A DNA stretch of 64,000 nt, from the NCBI RefSeq assembly GCF_004010195.1, contig NC_057718.1, positions 47,745,556-47,809,555 on the forward strand. Reading direction: 5' to 3'. Below, piece after piece: positions 1 to 10,999 of this stretch. The position numbers and the translations under genes were made by a program. Under the pieces are notes generated by a model. That model ran no database searches. It saw only the letters and a list, made by a program, of their open reading frames with translations, and was not told the origin of the DNA. The stretch's first letter is position 1, and each line of letters starts with the position of its first letter. Source of the stretch: Chiloscyllium plagiosum. Taxonomy: Eukaryota.

Positions 1-799
1 ATTTCACACAGGGGAAAAAATGCTTATCCACAATGCACCATGTTAGTTCGATCTAGGTGTATGAAAGATTTAAACTAGTAAATCTATATGAAAGCCCTTC
101 TGCCCTTGAATTTCACTTTGACTGAAGGAAAACAAATTGACCTTCCTTTGCATTAATTTTTCATTTTCCTTCTCACCAAATTGCTACACAATCAAAGACC
201 AACAAAGGGCTGTGTGGGGTTAATTTCTAACATAGAAGACCATATGTTCATTATCAAAAGCTATTATTCCAAAAAGGTGAAGACTTCATGCTTTTATTGC
301 TTTGAATGTAAAACTAAGTTACTAGAATATTTTGCTTATTTTACTCACAATTTGTTAAACTCACTTCTTAATAAAGTGAGTTGGTTTTCAGTTTAAATAT
401 GAAAATTGTCATTGTGTATTCAGTAAAAAAAAACTTAGAGTCAGAGTCTCTCAAGTCCCAATCCATTGCTATGAATGGAGGCTGCACAAAAGACAAAATT
501 TCTGAATGGGTAGTGTCAGACCATATAGCACAGGAGTCAACCAATCAGCCTGTCAAGTTTTCACCAGCTCTCAGCAACAGTGACACAAATCGTCCCACTC
601 CTCTGCTTCATCCATAACCCTGCATGATGAATTTACCTCCACTAGCTTCTCAGAAATTTTAAATCCTAAGCACTCCAGGCAAAAAACATTTTTTGCATTT
701 TTGGTTCTTCTGCAACTTATCAATCTGCATTATTCTGCAAAACAATTCTTCTGTCAATTTTGTCTTAATTCCTTCAAACAATTTGTCTTCAACAAATAT

Positions 800-1900
800 T
801 TGTTGACTTTCCACAACTAGCTCACCCTTGTCCAAATGACTATTAGTTTTGTCCAGGCTTCTCTTTCATAAAGATTTACACACCTCCGAGTTAAATTGAT
901 CAGCCCATGTTCCTGTGTTTTATCCTTACATCCCTTTTTGATCAAAAGTGAAAAAATTGCAATGGCCAGTATCTCCACAATTTCCATCCACACTTCCTTC
1001 GGCTTCCTTAACAGCATCTCAATTGCTGTTATTATATTTAATTGCTGCCAGCTTTTCCAACACCACCTCTATTAATTATTTGCCTGTACACATGTCAATC
1101 ACCACTTCCTTCACTAGAACTTTGGCAGTATCTCCTTTCTTGGTAAACACAGCAACAAAATAACATTTTAGTACTTCGCCATGCTTTCTGTCTCCTAAAA
1201 GCAACAACATTTCGGCCCTAATCAGCTTCACACTCCAAAAGAAACATTTAAGATTCCCCTTCATGTTAACTGGTAGTTTCTTCTCAATCTCTCTTTGCCT
1301 CACTTACTCCTTTACTCATTACTCAGATGAACCTCAGTCAGCTGGTTCTTATTTGTATTGTCAACTTGACATCTATCACAAGCTCCTTTTTTCTGCACAT
1401 CTTATTCTCATAGCTTTTTCATCATCCAGACCCACAATTGCCCCACGTGTACCTCTACTGCACTTGAATGTTCTCATTTCTAATAGCAATACTTGTCCAA
1501 AAAATAGGTTTGGCAGGTGAAACTTCGACCCCATTTGCTCACTAAAGGCCTATTATTACTGCACTGAGTTTGGCCCTTCTCCAGTCATGTATTTTTACTC
1601 CATTTGGTTCCTTGCTTTTTTTCATAGTTAATCTAAATGTTATAATAGTATGATCATTACTTTCTAAGTATCCCCCTATTAACACTTAAATAATTTCAGC
1701 ACCTCATTCTCTCAAACCAGACCCCAAGATAATGGTCGGAATGAGACCAATTCTAAAAATTCTCAACATACTTCAGAAAGAGACTTCCCTCTCGGTCTTG
1801 CACATCAATTATTCAAACAGAAACTGGGACATGAATAAAATCGTCCATGACTGTTATTTGATCAGTCTTGCATGTCTATAACTTCCCTAAAAACGTTCTC
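800..1900 (-). mobile_element. Old, highly decayed CR1-type LINE ORF2 fragment
   Basis: Diffuse similarity to the younger CR1 copies at 55950-57200. Confidence 0.5.
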
Positions 1901-1944
1901 CACAAGACCTTCCCAAATAAATAGGGGCCAATAGAATGTATGAA

Positions 1945-2402
1945 GTAGATTACAAAAGGATCTTGAACAGATAGGCCAATGGGCTGAGAAGTGGCAGGTG
2001 GAGTTTAATTCAGATAAATGAGAGGTGCTGCATTTTGGGAAAGCAAATCTTAGCAGGACTTATACACTTCATGGTAAGGTCCTAGAGAGTGTTGCTGAAC
2101 AAAGAAACCGCAGGTAGATAGGATAGTGAAGAAGGCGTTTGGTATGCTTTGCTTTATTGGTCAGAGTATTGAGTACAGGAGTTGGAAGGTCATGTTGCAG
2201 CTGTATAGGACATTGGTTAGGCCACTGTTGGAATATTGTGTGCAATTCTGGTGTCCTTCCTATCGGAAAGATGTTGTGAACCTTGAAAGGGTTCAGAAAA
2301 GATTTACAAGAATGTTGCCAGGGTTGGAGGATTTGAGCTATAAGGAGAGGCTGAACAGGCTGGGGCTGTTTTCTTTGGAGCTTCGGAGGCTGAGGGGTGA
2401 CC
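1945..2402 (+). mobile_element. CR1/HER1-type LINE, 3' part of ORF2
   Basis: [17 protein letters not shown]...LERVQKRFTRMLPGL, the CR1 ORF2 C-terminal motif. Confidence 0.9.
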
Positions 2403-2829
2403 TTGGCCTATATCCCTCCAAACCCTTCCTATTCATATATGCATCCAGATGCTTTTTAATTATTGTAATTGTACCAGCCTCCACCACTTCCTCTGGTAGC
2501 TCATTCCATACATGCACCACCCTCTGCATGAAAAAAAACTGTCCACTCGCTCCCTTTTATATCTTTCCCCTCTCACAATAAACCTATATCCTCTGGTTCT
2601 GGACTCACCCACCACAGGGAAAAGACCTTGTCTATTTATCCTATCCATGCCCCTCATGATTTTAATCAACCTCTATAATATCACACCTCAGTCTTCCACA
2701 CTCCAGGGAAAACAGCCCCAGCCTGTTCAGCCTCTCCCTATAACTCAAATCCTCCAACCCTGGCAACATCCTTGTTAATCTTTTCTGAACCCTTTCAAGT
2801 TTCACAACATCGTTCCAATAGGAAGGACC
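2403..2829 (-). mobile_element. CR1/HER1-type LINE 3' fragment, inverted against the preceding copy
   Basis: LERVQKRLTRMLPGL and QRVVHVWNELPEEVVEA motifs on the minus strand. Confidence 0.9.
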
Positions 2830-3676
2830 TGTGTGTACAGGACGATTGGAACTTGCAGGGCTTGTAAACAAAGAAGGGACAAGTGCAACAGGGGTACACA
2901 AGTCAACAGAACTACACTCTAGAAACATTAGATTGAGCACGAACAACACATCACGGGAGTTAGGAAATTGGATGTAACAGGACATCTGGACGTAACAGGA
3001 TACCTGGACAGCGTATAGGAGACATGGAGTATACTTTCAAGGAGCTTGCACGATCAGGGATGAGAAAGCTGTTGATGGAGTAGCCTAGACAAGCAAACTG
3101 TAATGACAGAAAAGAAGAATCTGGACAGGGGGATGGGAAAATGCATGCAACAAGAGATGGTGAAGCTGGTGCTGGGAGCAGTGGATATAGAAGAGAAAGG
3201 GAATGGGAAAACATGGAGAGATTGGATGGCAAATGCACTAGAGACATGGGCTGGGAGTACATGCATGAGTTATTTGGATGGGAAAAGGCTATAAAATGGA
3301 AGGATCTGCAGATGCAAGGATTGTGCAAGTCTATTGGAATGTGTACACAGGGCCCCCGAGAGATGGGGAAGAGCACATACCCAAGGGACTTAGGAGGTGA
3401 AAGCTAGGAAAGTGGAATTTTTACAACAAGCATGCGTACATTTTCTGGACTGAGAAAGTACCCAGGACACCAAGAGAGTGAGAGCCACGCAGGAGTTAAT
3501 GACTACAAGTACAAGCAAGAGAAAGCCAGAGAAGAAATATCAGAGGAAAGAAGAAAATTTCTGTCAAGTTTGGACAACAACTGCTACATTCACAAAAAAA
3601 AAATCAAAAATACTTTTAAATATGAAGTTAACATTCTTAACGGATTGCTTAGTTCAATTACGACTCTTTTAAGACT

Positions 3677-3768
3677 TGGAGACGCTGGGGTATACAAAGT
3701 TAAAAATGACAACACCAGGTTTATTTGGATGCACTAGCTTTCGGAGCGCTGCTCCTTCATCAGGTGGT
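3677..3768 (-). mobile_element. Short Penelope-like element fragment (family A) with a hammerhead motif
   Basis: Same family as 58431-58567 and 62320-62558. Confidence 0.75.
3732..3766 (-). ncRNA. Minimal type-I hammerhead ribozyme motif (family A)
   Basis: CAC-CUGAUGA-A-GGAGC(AGC)GCUCC-GAAA-GCUA-GUG. Confidence 0.75.
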
Positions 3769-6700
3769 TCAAAGTCATTGACAAATCTCTAAGTTAGAAC
3801 AAGGGTATATATTACTTCAATTATTTGGCCTAAATAATTTAAAGAATTTAATAGCAAAGGGAATTTTTTTTACAAACTTTTCATTATTAACTTTCTCCCT
3901 ACTGAAAGTGGTAAGAACTACAGCTACATGTTCCTACTAGGAATAGCAATTCCAACTCCCACAACAACAAATACAAGAAAATTTTTAAAGCAACTGAATA
4001 AACTTGAAGACTACCATTTAATGAAAGAACATTGATTAACAAAAATACTGTCTTACAGAACAAGGTAACTTCTCTACTTCAGAAACTTAAATACAGAACA
4101 AATTAATCAATCAATCAATGTACATAGTATTACAATGCAAACAGAACTGTACTTGAAACAATGTTAACTGGAGGGAAACATAAATAGTCTAAGATCTTTA
4201 GGCTGTTTCACCACATTAAAGACAATTTTATTAATTACAATTCTATATGCCAGTGATACAGTAATTGTTAATGGCATGCATAATACCCAGTATAGAATAA
4301 TATTGTTAAAATCTATTTATCCGGTGTGAAACATTCACATAAGCTACTACGAGTGTACAATATTGATTGCCATGCATTTTTGTCTCAGATATATTCCATG
4401 GCTTTTTTTATGCAAACTTATTGTTGTAACTGCAGGTGCTGCACGTATGTTCAGAGTACACTATTAATTACTCAAATGTTTCAAGCGTAAAATTAAGATG
4501 AATATATTTATGGTATTTAGACATCAAAATTATTTGAATGTAAAACCAGTAAATCATAATACATTTTAAATTTCAAATGGGAAATAGGAATCATTTGAAA
4601 TTACTAGCACTTATGCAATGCCTTTGAAATAATAAATACCTCATATTACAGAGCGAAAATCAATGCTAAGCAACGAGACAAGAGCTTCGGAACCAACTAT
4701 TAATGGAGGTTGAAGAGATGAGCTTTAAGGATTTTGAAATTGGGAAATAAAGTTTGGAAAGAATTTGAGGGGGGAAACTTCTTCAAAACTGATTAATGCT
4801 CTGCTGCACTACAAAGGATAGGAACCCTGAAAAAGGTGAAAGCAGGTGGTACAGGCTGTATTAGAACACCAACAACTTACATTTGTATAGAACCTTGAAC
4901 ATTCTGAAACATCTCCAGGCACTTCACACGACCATTGTAGAACAACAATTTGACACTGGTCACATAAGGAAATATGATGTCAGATAACAAAAGACTTGGT
5001 CAAAGAGGTAGTTATTAAATCGATAGAAGTATAGGACAGGTGATCAGAGACCAAGAGACTTATGATAGAAAAGCCAAACAGATTAACATGATGAATGTAT
5101 TATCAGAATGTTTGCTACGGCACTGTTACTGTCGCAACTTCAATGCAAATACATAACAAAAAAGGAATTTTGTAGGATGATTCAATCATAGGAAAACGGA
5201 AACCAAAAATGAGGTGTGAAAGTTCACCCACGCCAAGTTAATGAGTATAGAACTCGGAAACATACAACCTGCTTTACTTGAAATTACAACATGATGAATT
5301 AACTTCTATTACATTGCAGTTATAATTGACTACCACGGTAAAATGCTGTTATTCCATCAGCACTCTGCTTGTCTAAATTTAATCGATTTAAGTTGCATTT
5401 TTGGAAACTTAAAATGGTTTTCCACCCCACCCATTGAAACCAAGTAGAACATGCTGTACTTGTGTTGTAAATAAATGTCCCACTTCAAAATTTACAATTC
5501 GAGCAAAATAGGTACAGTCAGTGACAATGCCATATATGATAATGAATTTTGTAAAACTGAATGAAAATTAATAAGGTAATAATGCACTATAGTGACTTTT
5601 TAAAATTCCACTACACTGAACTTTCACCTGTATAGTGAAACTATGTTGCTTCCAACTACTTAAAGAAAACTAATATGCATCAAATGGCTCAACACAATGA
5701 ACAGAATGAGAAATAACAAACTAAAGACAATTAATCAATTCTGCCATGTACATATTTGGATATGAGACACTCTGAAGAGAGCACATCATAAAGTGAAACC
5801 CCAACACCTTTCGATAGCTCTTGAAATATACATTTGAATATAAAGAACATAAAGGTTAATGAATTCGTTATTGAAGATTGCTAGATGAAGTTTATTTCAA
5901 AGAAGCCAAATCTTTCAAATCACTGGATCTTCACAGATGAACTAACACTATATCAACTCCTTGTCTACAAAAAGCAAGCTTAAAATTAAAAGTAGAGGTG
6001 GGAGAAAGTGGAAAAAAATCAGTGACTTTCAATACCACATTAAGAGCAAGGAATACATTTCCTGAACTTCAATACTACTGAGGACTAGAGGGGTGAAGGG
6101 TTGGAGTACCTGAGTGAAGAGTTACCATACTACTTCAAGGTATCAAGCCTCAAAATCATAATATTTTTTCATAATAAATTGTGACCCTTGGTATCAGTCA
6201 AGTTGATTGGAGTTAAATTAATCGAACGTCAAGCCCAATAATTGTGAGTAGCACAATCACCTTTGAACAGTTTTACTTTTATAGAGTTGAAATAACACAT
6301 TCACTCTTGTGCTAATAGTGTGGCATATTGAAAAATAATCTAAATTGCATACTTGCAAAGGATAAATTTTGATGAGTAAGAAGAGGGCGGACGTTATTGC
6401 TAAATGATTTTTAAAAATGACGTAAATAATGTGCAAGTTTCTAAACGTTGATATTCGTATTGGTGGGCACATGATTAAACAGCTGTCAGCAAATGGGAAT
6501 ACAGGACTAGAGTGTGTGGTCTCTGTTGCTGGGTGAATGCGCGATGCCTAAACTTCAACATTTTCACGGATGAATGAGAATGATATCTGAATTTTAATGG
6601 CCGATGTTTTCGTTGGTCTCTCAATTCGCTGCTGTTCAAAATCGGACAGTTTGATTTGTGACAAGGTGATCTCTGGAGTTCTTAACCTCACCTTTCAGAT

Positions 6701-7113
6701 GAATATGGATATAACGTGTGACTACAAGACATCTGTACTTCGATGGGCGAGTAGGGGGTGATCTTTGAATCTAGATACTCGAAGAGATGTGATTTCTAAA
6801 GCTCAGTACTTTGACGGGTCAGTTACGGGGTGGGGTAGGGGAGAAGAGATGGAGATCGAGAGCGATATCTCCAAAACTCGGGATTTTGATGCGTGGCTGG
6901 TGTTGAGGGAGAATATCTGAATCTCCAGACTGATTAGTACTGGCATTTTTAAACCTTGATATTTCATTGCGTGAACGTTGGGTAAACTCCAAACCCGAAC
7001 ATTTTGATGCGTGTATTGTGGTGACGGAAACTGCACATTTTGATGGATCCCATTGGGAAGGCTCTGACTGCTGTATGCTTAAACCAACAAGGATAGCCCA
7101 ACGATCTAGGTAC

Positions 7114-7273
7114 CTTTGAGGGGCGGTAGAAGCAGGATCTCGACCGGGCTGCTCCGACTCCTGAACTGCGACGATCCTTGCGACCTCTTCTGCCTGGCCG
7201 CTTTCCGCACGGATTTCCTGGTGAAACCATCCACTTTTTCCGCCGCTGTCACCACCGCCGCCGCTGCCGACAT
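7114..7273 (-). CDS. PPP2R5A: First coding exon of PP2A regulatory subunit B' (B56) alpha; the gene continues beyond the left edge of the window
   Basis: Manual translation gives [53 protein letters not shown] plus 1 nt. This matches the B56 N-terminus, and [27 protein letters not shown] fits alpha better than epsilon. The ATG at 7273 has A at -3. The phase-1 donor AAAG|GTACCT is at 7114/7113. The exon lies within a CpG island. Confidence 0.9.
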
Positions 7274-7636
7274 CTTCTTGAAAACACACTGGCGATCACG
7301 CCGGCAGGCAAATTAGCGGCAGCAGGCGATGAGCTGCGCGTTTGTGAATTCGATCCAATATCGGATTTAAAGTAACCCTACGTTACTTTAAAGGGAAAGG
7401 ATAGGGTGGGTGAAGAGGAGTGGGGAGAATTATACGTTTTTTTTAAGAAAGTGAAGTCGATGATACGGTGAATGAAGTTAGTGTTGACGGTACGGGCCGG
7501 AGCTCTGTCCTCTAGCCCCCTCGAGGCCTGCTCAGCACCGCTGCCGCCTCCACCTCCCCTCCCTCCCCACTCCCTGGGGAGTGGCTGTTGGTCGTCCCCT
7601 CCTCCTCCTCCTCCTCCTCCTCGGAGCTTGAGCTGA

Positions 7637-7705
7637 CTAATACGCTGTCAATCCCCGCAACCTGCCGCTGTCGCCTTCACTCGCCGCCGTTCTCTGCGCG
7701 TCCAT
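7637..7705 (-). other. Candidate upstream ORF (22 aa, MDAQRTAASEGDSGRLRGLTAY) in the presumed 5' UTR
   Basis: ATG at 7705 (G at +4) runs to TAG at 7639-7637. It is the only minus-strand ATG between 7274 and 7800. Confidence 0.4.
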
Positions 7706-7905
7706 CAACAGACAGGCCAACAGGCGCCTCCCGCAACAACAATGACGATGATTTTTTTTCCCCAATGGGCTGAAATCGCTCAAGATTGATCGTGGCTTTA
7801 CATTTAAAAACACAGACGCTTTTTTTTAAAAAAAGGGAGCCACCAACTGTCGCCACCTCCCTCGCGCGCTCCAAAACACACAAATTGAGTTGGTAATACT
7901 GTTGA

Positions 7906-8115
7906 GCGGAAATGTCGGGGTTTGTTTTTGATTGGCGTGCCGCTGACCAATCGTAAAGCGGAGAACGAAACTGCCTCGAAATCATCGGCGGTGTTGTTGA
8001 CGTCATCTAGCCAATCAGAGAGCCCAGGGGCGGGCCGAACCGAACACTGCCATATTCAGTTGACGGAGGCCATATTGGTTCTAGGGCAGGTGATAAGGAA
8101 GGCTGACGTGATTGG
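7906..8115 (-). promoter_or_regulatory. Housekeeping-type promoter of PPP2R5A: five CCAAT boxes, CRE, GC box, ETS-like and YY1-like sites
   Basis: ATTGG 7931-7935, CCAAT 7947-7951, TGACGTCA 7998-8005, CCAAT 8011-8015, GGGGCGGG 8027-8034, GCCATATT at 8049 and 8069, ATTGG 8074-8078, TGACGTG 8104-8110, ATTGG 8111-8115, GCGGAAAT 7906-7913. Confidence 0.75.
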
Positions 8116-9309
8116 CTGTTAGCCTGTGACCGGGTTGTGTTGTGGATATGTGGAGGTATTTGTGTTTCTGGAGGAAATGTATTTCTCCCCTTTCAACTTT
8201 AAATATAGTCCTTCCACGTAATTTCGTCTGTTACTTCAAATTTTTAATCGCTGAAGTATCTTGCACCATTGTTATGATCAACATCCTTGTTGCTATTACT
8301 GATTGAGGTTAAATCTTTGAAAATGCGAAAAACTGCATCAGTATTTTGTTTACATGTGACGCCCCAGACCTGTGATACCTCGTTTGTCATGTCCTAGAAC
8401 AGGTTCATATATTTTTCCTTTTCAATAAATAATATGACGGATGTTTGTGACTTCTGAAAATTTATTTGCAATAGCTGATTAACTCCTTCGTTACAAAAAG
8501 CAGTGTATGTGAATTAAGATTTTAATAAATAGCTGAAAAATAATTGAGCACAGACGAGGCACGGAATATTTATTTGTTTATTATTTAAATTTGATTGATA
8601 AAGAGATTTCAAAATGACTTTTAAAGTGTTTGCAAACTCTTTGGTAGAGAGTTAACTTTATATTTAGAATGTTGAATTTTTTGTCTAAAATTATAATTAA
8701 AGATGCTTTAATCGTGTATAAAGTAATGTGTTGTAAAACGGGATTTATGTTAGGAAGTCCGCAAAACAAATAATAGATTTAGACAAAGTTTATTTAGAAT
8801 TAATTGAATGTCTGCATTGATTGCTCGCTAGTTCAAATTCATAGTTATATTCAGCTGAAAAATTTCAATAAATTGATGTTACTGTTGTACTGGATAAAAA
8901 TATGTTTATAAAATACAAAAGCAGAAAATTCTGGAAATACTCAGGTTGCTCAGATAGCATCTGTGGAGAAGGACAGTTAAAATTTCCAGTCAATGACCTT
9001 TTAGAATTAATCTGATTGTCTTGAAATGTTAACTGAGTTTTCTCTCCACATTTGTTACTCAACCATAAAATTTGGAGCTTATTCTGTTTTTATTTTAGAT
9101 TTCTGCAATCTTCAGAAGTTTCCTTAGTATTTACAATTCTTATGAAATGAAGCAAAAATGTGAAATTAAGTGGAAATGCTGGAAATAGAAATTAGTAGCA
9201 TCTGTGAAGAGGAGTGCAGGCTTTGAGTTTCTATCATTGATCCTCACACTACAAATCAAATTTAAGCACATCGTATTAGAATTCCAATTGTATCCAAAAG
9301 AAATTAATA

Positions 9310-9990
9310 GAACCTAAAGGGATTTGGAGGTACTTGTGCATGAAACATAGAAAACTAGCACACAGGTGTAGCAGGTATTCAGGAAGGCTAATGGAGTATT
9401 GACCCATATTTCAAGGGGGTTGGAGTATAAAATTAGGGAAGTCTGACTGCAACTGTACAAGGTACTGGTAAGACCACATCAAGAGTACCATGAGCAATTT
9501 TGGTCTCCAAAATTTGGGAAAAATATTATTTCATTGGACTAATTCAGAGGAGGTTCACTAAAATGATTCCCAGTATTAATCATATGCCTTATGAGCAAAA
9601 GCTAAACAGGTTTGGACTGTATTCATTGGAGTTTAGAAGAATAGGAGGTAATCTCATTGAGACATGTTGTATTCTTAAGGGACTTGACAAGGCAAATTCT
9701 GAGAGGCTGCTTCCCCCCTTGGAAAAGTCCAGGACCAGATGGCATTGTCTCAGAATTAAGGGGGCACCAATTTAAGACTCAAATGAGGAGTAATTTATTC
9801 TCTCAGAGGATGATGATCTTTGGTACTCCTTACCATAAGAGAGGTGTAGGGACAGCGTTTCTGTGTACATTTAACACTAAGATTGATTGATAGCTAGATT
9901 CTTGATCAGTAAGGGAATCAAGGGTTATGGGGGAAGAACAGGAAAGTGGATGTGAGGAATGTTGGATCCGGCATGACCCAATTAAATGGT
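9310..9990 (+). mobile_element. CR1-type LINE (second subfamily), 3' end
   Basis: IQRRFTKMIP...LNRFGLYSLEFRRIGGNLIET. Related to 48930-49462 and 61565-62208. Confidence 0.85.
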
Positions 9991-9999
9991 CCTGCAATA

Positions 10000-10305
10000 T
10001 TTCCATTCCATTCTACCAGTTCCTTCGCTTGCATTTCATCTGTTTGGTTGATGCCACCTTCTAAAACAGCACTTCTGACATGTCTTGCTTCTTTCATAAC
10101 CATGGTTTTCCACTGACTGTGGTTCTCAGAGCCCTCAATTGCATTTGACTGTTCGCCATGTGTCTGCCTTTGCCCCTTCCCATCACGCACAACAGCGTGA
10201 TCGGGTTCCCATGTCCTCACTTTTCATCCCACCAGTCTCTGCATTCAAAGGATCATACTGCATCATTTCAGCCAACTCAAGCAGAATGCAACCAACTTCC
10301 CTCTA
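10000..10305 (+). mobile_element. Penelope-like element ORF fragment (region C-terminal to RT), disrupted
   Basis: Manual translation SIPFYQFLRLHFICLVDATF*NSTSDMSCFFHNHGFPLTVVLRALN...DRVP resembles the PLE pattern SIP.SQ.LR..RIC......F...F..RG.P. Confidence 0.7.
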
Positions 10306-10693
10306 TTCATAGAATCGCTACACTGGAGATAGAGGCCATTCAGCCCATCAAGTCTTCACCAACCCTCTGAAGACTTTCACTGTCAACATTAGGCACTATC
10401 TTCATAGCTTCATATTAATTTGCTTGGCTTTTCTACCTCTAGTCTCTGTGTGTGATCTTTGATCATACACCTCCCCATCTCTACTTACTTTTTCTTTTAA
10501 GGCATGACTTAAAACTTGCTCTGACCAAGCAGAAAGGGTCACTCGACCCAAAAGGCTAACTCCAGCTCCTCTTTACAGATGCTGCCAGGCGTGCTGAACT
10601 TTTCCAGTAATTTCTATTTTTGTTTCTGACCAAGTTACCTGTTAAATCCATATCTGCTTGATCAGAGGATTCAGAGTAAATATGTTCCTGCAA

Positions 10694-10986
10694 AGATTAG
10701 ATTAGATTACTTACAGTGTGGAAACAGGCCCTTCGGCCCAACAAGTCCACACCGACCCGCCGAAGCGTAACCCACCCATACCCCTACATTTACCCCTTTA
10801 CCTAACACTACGGGCAATTTAGCATCTTTGGACTGTGGGAGGAAACCGGAGCCCCCGGAGGAAACCCACGCAGACACGGGGAGAACGTGCAAACTCCACA
10901 CAGTCATTCGCCTGAGTCGGGAATTGAACCCGGGTCTCTGGCGCTGCGAGGCAGCAGTGCTAACCACTGTGCCACCGTGCCGCCCC
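10694..10986 (-). mobile_element. HE1-like V-SINE (tRNA-derived) with an internal deletion
   Basis: Head GGGGCGGCACGGTGGCACAGTGGTTAG with B box GGTTCAATTCCC, V-domain GGAGTTTGCACGTTCTCCCCGTGTCTGCGTGGGTTTCCTCC, and (AATCT)n tail. Confidence 0.9.
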
Positions 10987-10999
10987 TTAAAGCTAGAAC

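Larger units (their letters stand above)
1..7113 (-). other. PPP2R5A: Intron downstream of the first PPP2R5A coding exon (partial)
   Basis: Starts with GT at 7113. No second B56 exon was recognised in 1-7113. Confidence 0.75.
6780..8150. promoter_or_regulatory. CpG island over the promoter, presumed 5' UTR and first coding exon
   Basis: GC content and CpG density rise sharply against CpG-depleted flanks. Edges estimated by eye. Confidence 0.85.

Noticed and set aside
6819..7289. 156-aa ORF and other ORFs overlapping the CpG island (6964-7230, 7116-7316, 7677-8006)
   Set aside because: These are alternative frames over or near the real exon. Only the frame starting at 7273 matches a known protein and ends at a splice donor.
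7366..7392. Iron-responsive element
   Set aside because: The loop is not CAGUGN and there is no bulged C.
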